Shown here one piece after another: positions 28,113 to 36,814 of a stretch of 38,026 bases of DNA. The translations under genes were made by a program, and so were the position numbers. The notes below the pieces were generated by a model that made no database searches, was not told the DNA's origin, and worked only from the letters and a program-made list of their open reading frames with translations. Origin of the DNA: Ilumatobacteraceae bacterium (lineage in GTDB: Bacteria > Actinomycetota > Acidimicrobiia > Acidimicrobiales > Ilumatobacteraceae). The DNA lies in contig JANRBC010000029.1 in NCBI GenBank assembly GCA_030727685.1, positions 1 to 38,026 of the forward strand, in the 5' to 3' direction. Numbering within the stretch: position 1 is the first letter of the stretch; the number at the start of each line of letters is the position of its first letter.

Positions 28113-28816
28113 GTTTCGCCAGTAATCCACGAAGCCAAGTCAGAACAGAGAAACAACGCCAAGTTTGCGATGTCTTGGGGTTCACCAAGTCGTTTAGTGG
28201 GTAACGCTGATGCAAGTTTGTCGCCCACGTTCTCGATCAGAACCGAAGCGAAAAGAGTCTTGACTAAACCTGGCGCGATACCCACGACGCGAGTTTTGCC
28301 TAATTCACAAGCCAATTGACTCGTCAGATGAATTACAGCCGCTTTGGTCAAGTTATAAACACCCAGACCCTGCTCTGCACGAAGACCACCGACTGATGCA
28401 ATATTCAGAATCACACCTGGCTTGTTCTGCATCGATGCATTCCACACTGCTTGACTCCAGAACAAGGGACCCTTCAAATTAACTTGGAAGGTTTTGTCAA
28501 AGCGAGCCGAATCAACGCCGAGGGTCTCGCCATAATAAGGATTTGTTGCAGCATTATTGACCAAGATGTCGATTTTTCCAAAGCGCTCCATAGTTGCATC
28601 GATGCATGCTTTGGCCTGATCAATTTCACCTGCGTTGGCGGCGAAAACATCGGTCTCACCATCCATCTCTTTTGCAGCAGCCTGAAGTGCGTCAAGTTTT
28701 CGCGAAGTAAGCATGACTTGTGCCCCAGCATCAACAAACGATTTAGCGATTGCTTTGCCAATGCCCCGAGACGCACCAGTGACGATTGCGGTTTTGCCGC
28801 GTAATGAAATCTCCAT
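28067..28816 (-). CDS. Short-chain dehydrogenase/reductase
   Basis: TGASRGIG, LVNNAA, YNLTK catalytic YxxxK, ITGETYVIDGG. Confidence 0.93.
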   Translation of the reverse strand: MEISLRGKTAIVTGASRGIGKAIAKSFVDAGAQVMLTSRKLDALQAAAKEMDGETDVFAANAGEIDQAKACIDATMERFGKIDILVNNAATNPYYGETLGVDSARFDKTFQVNLKGPLFWSQAVWNASMQNKPGVILNIASVGGLRAEQGLGVYNLTKAAVIHLTSQLACELGKTRVVGIAPGLVKTLFASVLIENVGDKLASALPTKRLGEPQDIANLALFLCSDLASWITGETYVIDGGAGVRSGTM

Positions 28817-28833
28817 GAGGCGAGACTAATCGT

Positions 28834-30114
28834 TTATTTTTTTGATTGCGAAATTCGAATGATCTGAATTCGCCGACCATCAAGTTCTTCGACGCAAAAC
28901 ACCACGTCATTGATCTTGACAGACTCGCCTACTTCAGGCACATGGCCTAATTCACCGAAGACAAGACCACCGATTGTGTCGTAGTCGTCAGTGCTTATTT
29001 CTGCTTCAAGAATTTGATTGAGTTTGCCAATTGTGGTGACCCCGGCGACAAGCAAGTCTCCATTTGGCTGTCGCTGTACCGAAGTGTCGTCTTCGTCATG
29101 CTCATCGCCGATTTCGCCAACTAATTCTTCAAGGCAATCTTCGAGCGTGACAAGACCTGCAAGCAAGCCGTATTCATCAGCGACCATCGCCAAATGAAAT
29201 TTTTCTTGCTGCATCTGACGCATTAAGTCGGCAACTGGTTTCATCTCCGGAACTACTTGGACCGAGTGCATGCTTGATTTGATTGACTCGGCTCCACGAC
29301 CTGAGCGTTCGGCGGCAATCAAATCTTTTGCATATACGGCACCCACAAGGTCATCTTGGTCGTCATCATCTGCACGCAAAACAGGCAGACGACTTAACCG
29401 ATGTTCAACGATGATGTCGATCGCTTGCGAGATCGTCAAGTCGTCATTGATGGTTACAACATCTGGACGTGGCACCATGATCTTACGAACAACTGTGTCG
29501 CCAAACTCAATTACTGATTCGATTAGTTCGCGCTCTTCATGCTCAATTACGGCATCTTGCGCCGCCGCTTCAACGATGCCCAAGAACTCTTGCTCACTGA
29601 TGAATGGACCAGCCTCAAGTCCTTTGCCCCGCACGATTACATTCGTCAGTCTGATCAAGCCTTGCGAAATCATCCGCAGCGGATAAAAGCTTGTGAGTGC
29701 ATTAACTGACACTGCAGTTAGTATCGCGCCACGCACCGGGTGAACTAGCCCGTAGGTCTTCGGCACGGCCTCGGCCAAAACAAAAAAGACGATTACGTTC
29801 AGCGTTACGCCAACCGCGATACCAGGGGCACCAAACAATCGCCCCGAAACGATGCCAGTTAGCGTCGCCTGCACTGTCTGAAAGATGTTTACCGTCAAGA
29901 GCAACGGGTTAACCCATTTTGTTGGGTCTTCAGCAAGTTTCAAGATTATCTTTGCGCGCTTGCCGCCTTGATCTAGCAATGCTTGAGCTTTTTGTTTGGT
30001 GATCCGCGAAAGGCTCATTTCAGCAAGTGCGAGACCCGTCAATGCAACCAGCAACATGACAATCGTAAACAGCATCCAGAAATCAGCCGCTCGAGGTGCC
30101 ACTGCAAAAATCAT
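28834..30114 (-). CDS. CNNM/hemolysin-family protein (DUF21-CBS-CorC_HlyC)
   Basis: N-terminal TM domain with AEAVPKT, IMVPR..SRLPV, VADEYG..GLVTLEDCLEELVGEI, DTIGGLV. Confidence 0.92.
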   Translation of the reverse strand: MIFAVAPRAADFWMLFTIVMLLVALTGLALAEMSLSRITKQKAQALLDQGGKRAKIILKLAEDPTKWVNPLLLTVNIFQTVQATLTGIVSGRLFGAPGIAVGVTLNVIVFFVLAEAVPKTYGLVHPVRGAILTAVSVNALTSFYPLRMISQGLIRLTNVIVRGKGLEAGPFISEQEFLGIVEAAAQDAVIEHEERELIESVIEFGDTVVRKIMVPRPDVVTINDDLTISQAIDIIVEHRLSRLPVLRADDDDQDDLVGAVYAKDLIAAERSGRGAESIKSSMHSVQVVPEMKPVADLMRQMQQEKFHLAMVADEYGLLAGLVTLEDCLEELVGEIGDEHDEDDTSVQRQPNGDLLVAGVTTIGKLNQILEAEISTDDYDTIGGLVFGELGHVPEVGESVKINDVVFCVEELDGRRIQIIRISQSKK

Positions 30115-30701
30115 TCGTAGACCTTGCTAAATGAGTCTGGCATCGGTCCTCGCCAATGGTGCAGTTCTAAAAGTTCGCGTTCACGAGATTGCATTTTCTT
30201 CGCATCGTGATCACTTTCATGGTCGTAACCCAAAACGTGCAGAACTCCGTGAGTTACCAAGAGAGCAAATTCGTCATCGATATTGCCAGCATGAGTCGAC
30301 GATTGATTCTTCGCCACGCTCGGACAGACAACAACATCACCGAGCAAAATTGGCAAGTCATTTAAATCGACATTCAAGTTGTCGGGACCACGAGAAAATG
30401 CACCAGGCCCTGGTGTGTGAACCGATTCAACCGCGTCAAGCGGAAACGACAAAACATCAGTCGGCCCATGCTTGCCCATATATTTCTCGTTAAGACCAGC
30501 GATTGCCGACTCTGGCACAAACATCAATGTCAACTCGGCCGCCCCACGTACACCCTCAGATACCAAGACGTTCTTGGCCAATTGATGCCAACGCGCAACA
30601 TCAACAGCAACATCAGTTTGTTCGTCAGCGCAGAAGACTTCAATTTCACCGTCTCCGCCAACTTTGCGAGGGCCGTTTCGTTTAATGTGTGGCTCAAGCA
30701 C
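30111..30701 (-). CDS. ybeY: rRNA maturation RNase YbeY
   Basis: PTDVLSFP, LLGDVVVC, HGVLHVLGYDH zinc motif; follows phoH. Confidence 0.95.
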   Translation of the reverse strand: MLEPHIKRNGPRKVGGDGEIEVFCADEQTDVAVDVARWHQLAKNVLVSEGVRGAAELTLMFVPESAIAGLNEKYMGKHGPTDVLSFPLDAVESVHTPGPGAFSRGPDNLNVDLNDLPILLGDVVVCPSVAKNQSSTHAGNIDDEFALLVTHGVLHVLGYDHESDHDAKKMQSRERELLELHHWRGPMPDSFSKVYE

Positions 30702-31665
30702 GATTGCTCACCGCATTCAAACCTTTCTGTTCATATGCAGCAACGATGTCTGACACTATTTTGTGCCGAACAATGTCACTGACACCGAGATGCACAAACG
30801 AAAGACCTTCGATACCGGTAAGTATCTTTTCTAGACCAAACAAGCCACTGCGATTGTCAGGAATGTCAACCTGTGTCATGTCGCCAGTAACGACAACCTT
30901 TGAACCGAAGCCAATGCGAGTCAAAAACATCTTGATCTGTTCTGGTGTCGCATTTTGGGCTTCGTCCAAAATTATGAAACTGTTGTTGAGGGTTCGTCCG
31001 CGCATATATGCGAGAGGGGCGACCTCGACGACTTGCCTTTCAACGAGTTTTTGCGCACCTTCAGCGCCAACCATGTCGTGAAGTGCATCATAAAGAGGAC
31101 GAAGATACGGATCTAGTTTGGCCATCAAATCACCCGGCAAAAAGCCGAGTCGCTCTCCTGCTTCGACTGCTGGTCGCGTAAGAATTATCCGTTGAACTTG
31201 CTTGGTTTGCAATGCGTGCACCGCCATTGCAATCGCCAGCCAACTCTTGCCCGTGCCGGCAGGACCAAGGCCAAATGTAATTACGTTTTCGCGAATTGCA
31301 TCGACATAATGCTTTTGCCCAGATGTTTTGGGCCGCACCGGCTTACCCTGATTGGCTCTCACTATGTCATGAGTTAGCACCGAACTAGGTCGCTCATGTA
31401 ACCGCAACATTTCTATACTTCGTGCAACGACAACAGTATTTAGATTTTCGCCACCTTGAAGCAGCGAAGTCAGTTCTTCGAACAAACTGCCGACAGTGTC
31501 TGTCTCGGTGCCAGAGATTGAAATTTCGTTACCACGGACACGAATCGTGGTGTTCGGAAACTCTTTTTCGATAAGTCGAAGGTGCGAATCTCTTTCGCCG
31601 AGCAAACTTGACATTAAGTGTGAACCTGGCACAACAACCGTCACTGCGGCTACGGAAACACTCAT
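30694..31665 (-). CDS. phoH: PhoH-family ATPase
   Basis: GPAGTGKS, LTRPAVEAGERLGFLPG, APLAYMRGRT, ILDEAQN, VRH. Confidence 0.95.
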   Translation of the reverse strand: MSVSVAAVTVVVPGSHLMSSLLGERDSHLRLIEKEFPNTTIRVRGNEISISGTETDTVGSLFEELTSLLQGGENLNTVVVARSIEMLRLHERPSSVLTHDIVRANQGKPVRPKTSGQKHYVDAIRENVITFGLGPAGTGKSWLAIAMAVHALQTKQVQRIILTRPAVEAGERLGFLPGDLMAKLDPYLRPLYDALHDMVGAEGAQKLVERQVVEVAPLAYMRGRTLNNSFIILDEAQNATPEQIKMFLTRIGFGSKVVVTGDMTQVDIPDNRSGLFGLEKILTGIEGLSFVHLGVSDIVRHKIVSDIVAAYEQKGLNAVSNRA

Positions 31666-31724
31666 CGCTGACTTAAGACTATCGTGCGCTGAACCTTTAC
31701 AAATTATTAATTTAACTTGGCGAA

Positions 31725-32369
31725 TTAAGCATTTTTCACGAGTTCGTCAGGCGATGAGAGACGATCAACATCGGTAGCAGACAAATTTGCAAAGTCGAGC
31801 GCGAAGTAACGCTGAGTCGATAGTGCTAAGAGTTCGACATCACCGACCAACTTGGCCATGCGAAACAGCAATTCTGCTGCGCCACCTTTCGCGGCAGGCT
31901 GATGCACTTCAGGAATATCAAAAACCAAAAGTGCACCATCACGAGCCTCAGCAGTTAATGCTTGGCGCGCGAGCATGACGTTCGCACCATGAGCATCTGC
32001 TGTCGGATCAACAACGACCCAAACTATGTAGTGAACCTGCCCTGCGCGGTAGCGATCAGGAAAGTGCTTTTCAAAATAGATTTCACTCAACCAACGAGTG
32101 GCGCGAACATCTGTAGATACAAGAGTCATCGCAACTGGCGATGAGTCACTCCAGACGACCCAAACCCGATTTGAGTCACGCGAGATTTGCTCGTTGAATT
32201 CGTCTTGATCGAGCATCTCGTGCGTTACTGTCGCCTCGGCAGTTGGCAAATAAGTCGTGCGGTAAAGACGCCACAGTTTCTCGCGCAACGCTGGATCAAC
32301 AACGTTGGAATGACGGGTTACAAACATCGACGGGTACTTTCTCGGCGCACGACGCCGAACCTTGGACAA
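31725..32369 (-). CDS. Hypothetical protein, probable GNAT-like fold
   Basis: Long ORF with helix-helix-strand pattern (LWRLY.., RVWVVW..PVAMTLV, HYIVWVVVDP...HG); start is TTG 32369 (GGAGG 7 nt upstream) or ATG 32327. Confidence 0.65.
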   Translation of the reverse strand: MSKVRRRAPRKYPSMFVTRHSNVVDPALREKLWRLYRTTYLPTAEATVTHEMLDQDEFNEQISRDSNRVWVVWSDSSPVAMTLVSTDVRATRWLSEIYFEKHFPDRYRAGQVHYIVWVVVDPTADAHGANVMLARQALTAEARDGALLVFDIPEVHQPAAKGGAAELLFRMAKLVGDVELLALSTQRYFALDFANLSATDVDRLSSPDELVKNA

Positions 32370-32416
32370 AACCCCGCCTCCCAAAAGTTTAGAACATCTG
32401 TAGTACCGTTTTCGTG

Positions 32417-34696
32417 ATGTCAAAAGCCGTTTCTCGTGCGGCGTGGGCGATGACTGGTCTGGCCATTATCGCCACCGGTCTGCATGTTTTGGGTCTCTCG
32501 ACGCTTTCGAGCGAGCTGATTTATATGATCGCCGCCGTTCAGGTTTTTGTAAGCGCGATCATTGGTATTGCAATCAACAAACCCGATCGACGCATCTGGT
32601 CTGCCCTGCTCTTGCTGATTGTGATTTTGATCGCCGCACAGATTTTTGATAACCGCGATTCAAGTGTTGTCACGACACAGGCGATCTCGGAAACTCTATT
32701 TTTGGGCGTCCAGTTGATTTTAGTTTTCGGACTATTCGTCACCGTGCAGCGCAGATTCGGTCGCGATCCAATGAATGTTGTCTATGACTCGCTGATAATC
32801 GGGCTTGGCTCATGGTTTTTGATTTGGGTCGTGTTTTTAAATCCGGCGCGAGAAATTTCGCAAGATCTTGTCTCGATTACTGCAATACGCGGTGCGACTT
32901 TGGCGTCAAGCGCGATAGTTATATTTTTGCTTGCAACTTTGTTGTTTGCCGATACCGAGAGAACGTCGGCAGTATGGTTCGCGGCTAGCGCAATCGCTTG
33001 TTCTTTGATTGGCGACTTTCTCTATGCGACAAATCAATCAGGCAGATACGAGATCTCGGACCAATTCGCTAATGCACCGTACATTGCAAGTTTGTTTTTA
33101 GTTTCGGCGACAGTGCTGCATCCGAGTGTCGCAACGATGACTTCACACTCGGCGCGGCGACTGAAGCAACCTCTTCTAGGTCGACTCGTGCTGACTACAA
33201 CTTCACTAGTTTTGCCTGTCGTGGTGTTGGCACTCACAAATCCAACAACAGATGTCGACCGAACAGTGCGAGCGATCTCAATTTTTGTTTTGGCTACAGC
33301 TGTTACATTGCGAGTGGTTTTGGCGGTTCGTGCGAACGCTGTTTTGCAGGCAAAACTTATCGATTCTGCGCAAACTGATTCGCTCACCAGTCTTCCGAAT
33401 CGTGGCTTGATGATTGAGCATGTTTCGGCGGCGTTGGAGGGTGCGCGATTCAGCGGTCTCTCGCCAACTGTTTTGTTTATCGACGTCGACAGATTCAAGA
33501 ACATCAATGACAGCCTTGGGCACTCGGCTGGTGACGATGTCTTGGTCTCAGTTGCTCAAAGATTGCGCGTGGCATTACCCGATAGATGCATCGTCGGGCG
33601 AATATCGGGCGACGAGTTTGTCGTGCTCGACGCCAAATCAAAGAACCAAAGCGATGCCGTATTGTTGGCCGACTTGGTGCTTGAAAGTTTTCACGAACCT
33701 CTGGCATTGCGCCAAGGCGATGTCTTTGTTTCTGCAAGTATCGGCGTCGCAGTTTTTGATCGCGAGATTTCAACATCGGCAGACGATTTATTGCGCAATG
33801 CAGACACCGCGATGTATCGCGCAAAAGATGCAGGACGAAACTGCGTCGCAATTTTCGACAAGTCGATGCTTGAGCGCGTCAATCAACGCTTGGCGGTAGA
33901 AACCGCTCTCTACCGGGCACTTGAACGTCGCGAACTTCGACTCGTTCATCAGCCAATAATCGATATCGACCTAGGAGACGTAATCGGGTTCGAGGCTCTG
34001 ATGCGCTGGGACATGGAAGACGGCACCAATGTCTCGCCTGCCGAATTTATTCCAATCGCTGAAGAGACTGGCATCATCGTGCCGATTGGTGCGTGGGCCT
34101 TGCTCGAGGCACTCACACACTTGCGTAGTTGGATAAACCAAGGCATCTGTCGTCGCGACGCCACGATGTCAGTCAATGTCTCACCACGACAACTACATGA
34201 TCCAAATTTTGTTGCGGTTGTCAACGAAGCATTAATGCGCTCTCGTATGCCCGCAGATCAGTTATGGCTTGAAGTAACCGAGGGCGTGATGATCACTCAA
34301 CCCGAACAGGCACTCGATACGTTGCGCAGACTCTCAGATATCGGCGTGCGCGTAGCAATTGACGACTTCGGCACTGGATATTCTTCGTTGTCATTTTTGC
34401 AGCGGTTTCCTATCCATAGATTGAAAATTGACAGAACCTTTATCAACGAGTTAGCAAGCGACGCAAACGCGCGATCTCTCGTGCGAACGATCATCGCCAT
34501 GGCGAATTCTCTCGGGCTCGACGTAGTTGCCGAAGGTGTCGAAACTGTCGAACAACTTCACGCACTCGGCGACTTGCGATGCAGCAAAGCGCAAGGCTAT
34601 TTAATTAGTCATCCAGTGACCCCAGAAACGATGGCCAGCACCGTCGCTGGTCTCGACAAAATTGGCAAATGGCCACGGTTGCGACCACTTAAGTAA
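32417..34696 (+). CDS. Membrane-bound GGDEF-EAL c-di-GMP metabolism protein
   Basis: About 300-aa multi-TM N-terminus; DSLTSLPNR, DRFKNINDSLGH, SGDEF; intact EAL motifs FEALMRW, LEVTEG, DDFGTGYSS, KID, AEGVE, QGY. Confidence 0.94.
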   Translation: MSKAVSRAAWAMTGLAIIATGLHVLGLSTLSSELIYMIAAVQVFVSAIIGIAINKPDRRIWSALLLLIVILIAAQIFDNRDSSVVTTQAISETLFLGVQLILVFGLFVTVQRRFGRDPMNVVYDSLIIGLGSWFLIWVVFLNPAREISQDLVSITAIRGATLASSAIVIFLLATLLFADTERTSAVWFAASAIACSLIGDFLYATNQSGRYEISDQFANAPYIASLFLVSATVLHPSVATMTSHSARRLKQPLLGRLVLTTTSLVLPVVVLALTNPTTDVDRTVRAISIFVLATAVTLRVVLAVRANAVLQAKLIDSAQTDSLTSLPNRGLMIEHVSAALEGARFSGLSPTVLFIDVDRFKNINDSLGHSAGDDVLVSVAQRLRVALPDRCIVGRISGDEFVVLDAKSKNQSDAVLLADLVLESFHEPLALRQGDVFVSASIGVAVFDREISTSADDLLRNADTAMYRAKDAGRNCVAIFDKSMLERVNQRLAVETALYRALERRELRLVHQPIIDIDLGDVIGFEALMRWDMEDGTNVSPAEFIPIAEETGIIVPIGAWALLEALTHLRSWINQGICRRDATMSVNVSPRQLHDPNFVAVVNEALMRSRMPADQLWLEVTEGVMITQPEQALDTLRRLSDIGVRVAIDDFGTGYSSLSFLQRFPIHRLKIDRTFINELASDANARSLVRTIIAMANSLGLDVVAEGVETVEQLHALGDLRCSKAQGYLISHPVTPETMASTVAGLDKIGKWPRLRPLK

Positions 34697-34743
34697 ATTC
34701 ATCGCGTCACCACGCACACGGCCCAATGAGGCAGAATAGAGCC

Positions 34744-36024
34744 ATGAGCGCACAACATTTGCCGAAAGATCTTGCACTTGAGTCAGCCGAATATCGAGTG
34801 CGTCAGGCAGGCGAATGGCTTGGTCTCGAAGACGGATTAATCGAAACAATCATTGCGCCGCGTCGAGTGCTCGAAGTTTCGATTCCGTTTAGGCATGATG
34901 ACGGCACGCGAGATCACCTTGTCGGTTGGCGCGTTCACCACAACACGACTCGTGGTCCTGCCAAAGGTGGAATTCGATATCACCCAGGCGTGACACGCGA
35001 CGAAGTTGTTGCTCTCGCAATTGGTATGTCACTTAAGACTGCAATTATGAACTTGCCTCTTGGCGGTGCAAAAGGTGGTATTGCAGTTGACCCAAAAACT
35101 TTGACTCTGCGCGAACTCGAAAAAGTTACGCGTCGTTATGTTTCAGAACTGATTCCGTTTCTTGGCCCCGACAAAGATGTGCCCGCACCTGATGTCGGCA
35201 CGAATTCCCAAGTGATGGCGTGGGTTCTTGACCAATATTCGGCAAGCGTCGGACACATCGTGCCCGGTGTTGTGACGGGCAAGCCAATTGAACTTGGTGG
35301 TTCGCTTGGTCGCGAATCGGCAACAGGTCGCGGCGCAGTTGAGGCTGCGGCGTTGGCAGGACGAGAAATGGGCCTTGCTCTCGAGGGATCAAGAATTGCG
35401 ATTCAGGGTTATGGACAAGTTGGCGCCTGGGCGGCAAGACTCGCGCAGGCTCGCGGCGCAAAGATTGTTGCTGTTGCTGATGTCGGTGGTGCAATTCACA
35501 ATGCAAATGGGCTCGACATCGCAATGATCGATCGCAAAATGCGCGAAGGCGCCAAGAGCGTCACTGAGACAGGGGCTGGCGAAGTAATCGGCAAAGGCAT
35601 TGATGGCTCGGCAAATCTATTTTCAGTTGACTGTGACATTTTAATGCCGTGCGCTCTTGGCGATGCAGTTGATGAACATACTGCTTCGAAGATCAAAGCA
35701 AAATTAATAGTCGAAGGAGCGAACGGTCCGCTGACACCAAAAGCAGACGAAGTTCTGACCGATCGCGGAATCATCGTCATGCCTGATGTTTATGCAAATG
35801 CGGGCGGCGTGACTTGCAGTTACCTTGAGCAATGCCAGAACTTTGCTCACCTCAGTTGGGACGAAGACGAAGTGAACGAAAAAGTTATCTCGCTGATGCA
35901 ATCAGCGTTCAAACGACTACATTCATTTTCGGTTGAACAGCAGTTGCCATATCGTCTGGCGGCATCGGTGCTCGGCATAAAAACGATTGCTGACTCGCAT
36001 CGCATGCGCGGACTGCATCCGTAA
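34744..36024 (+). CDS. gdhA: Glu/Leu/Phe/Val dehydrogenase, likely glutamate dehydrogenase
   Basis: GPAKGGIRYHP, GGAKGG, DVPAPD, VTGKP, ATGRG, QGYGQVG, EGANGP; start re-placed at ATG 34744 (CAGAAT 6 nt upstream). Confidence 0.9.
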   Translation: MSAQHLPKDLALESAEYRVRQAGEWLGLEDGLIETIIAPRRVLEVSIPFRHDDGTRDHLVGWRVHHNTTRGPAKGGIRYHPGVTRDEVVALAIGMSLKTAIMNLPLGGAKGGIAVDPKTLTLRELEKVTRRYVSELIPFLGPDKDVPAPDVGTNSQVMAWVLDQYSASVGHIVPGVVTGKPIELGGSLGRESATGRGAVEAAALAGREMGLALEGSRIAIQGYGQVGAWAARLAQARGAKIVAVADVGGAIHNANGLDIAMIDRKMREGAKSVTETGAGEVIGKGIDGSANLFSVDCDILMPCALGDAVDEHTASKIKAKLIVEGANGPLTPKADEVLTDRGIIVMPDVYANAGGVTCSYLEQCQNFAHLSWDEDEVNEKVISLMQSAFKRLHSFSVEQQLPYRLAASVLGIKTIADSHRMRGLHP

Positions 36025-36045
36025 AAATTAACTAGTCTGAGAATT

Positions 36046-36810
36046 ATGAGTAAATCGAGCGGCACAGTTGCAGAGTTCGGTTTTTATCCTTTTGAAGACG
36101 TGGCATGGGCTTACGACAAACTCTGGAGCGCCACTGCAAGTCGATGTTCTTGGCTACCTAGCGAGTTAACGCGAGCTAAAGACCCGACAGAACTTTGGCA
36201 AAGTGATGGCGCCTTCATTAGTCAAACTTGTGGTTGGCCACTTGTAACTCGTCTTGCCGAAAAGGTTCGTGTGGTTGGAGCATTTCGCCAAACGACACTC
36301 GAATCTGCGAGCCACTTTTATCGAAGCGTCGTTGTCGGCAGAGTTGACGGTACTCCGTTTGACTTTCAAGGTTCTGTTGCCGCTGTCAATGGGCCCGAGA
36401 GTCTCTCTGGATGGATAAGTCTGATCGCAGCGATTCATGGGCCGCAAGAATCTTGGCGCGGGCAGGTTCGCAAGTCGGGCTCGCATTCCGAAAGTGTGCG
36501 CATGTTGTGTCGAGGCGAGGCTGATGTTGCCTCAATAGACAGCGTGACCCTCGCTCATCTTCGAAGAATTGAACCCGAGGCAATTAATTCTTTGTTCGTG
36601 ATATGCAATGGTCCGCTTGTGCCGTGTTTGCCGATAATTGCACATCGCTCAATCACTGATTTGCAATTGAGTGAACTTCGCAACGCTTTGAGCGAATCAA
36701 CCCGCGATCCGAAGATTGCTGATGCAACCTCGGCACTATTTATCGGGGGCTTTGATGCGCTCGACTTAGATGACTATTTGCCGTTGCTGAATTTAAAGCC
36801 AAACTATTAA
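36046..36810 (+). CDS. PhnD/SsuA-like substrate-binding-fold protein without signal peptide
   Basis: QTCGWPL, YRSVVV, AAVNGPESLSG, SGSHSES...GEADVASIDSVT patterns. Confidence 0.75.
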   Translation: MSKSSGTVAEFGFYPFEDVAWAYDKLWSATASRCSWLPSELTRAKDPTELWQSDGAFISQTCGWPLVTRLAEKVRVVGAFRQTTLESASHFYRSVVVGRVDGTPFDFQGSVAAVNGPESLSGWISLIAAIHGPQESWRGQVRKSGSHSESVRMLCRGEADVASIDSVTLAHLRRIEPEAINSLFVICNGPLVPCLPIIAHRSITDLQLSELRNALSESTRDPKIADATSALFIGGFDALDLDDYLPLLNLKPNY

Positions 36811-36814
36811 TCAG

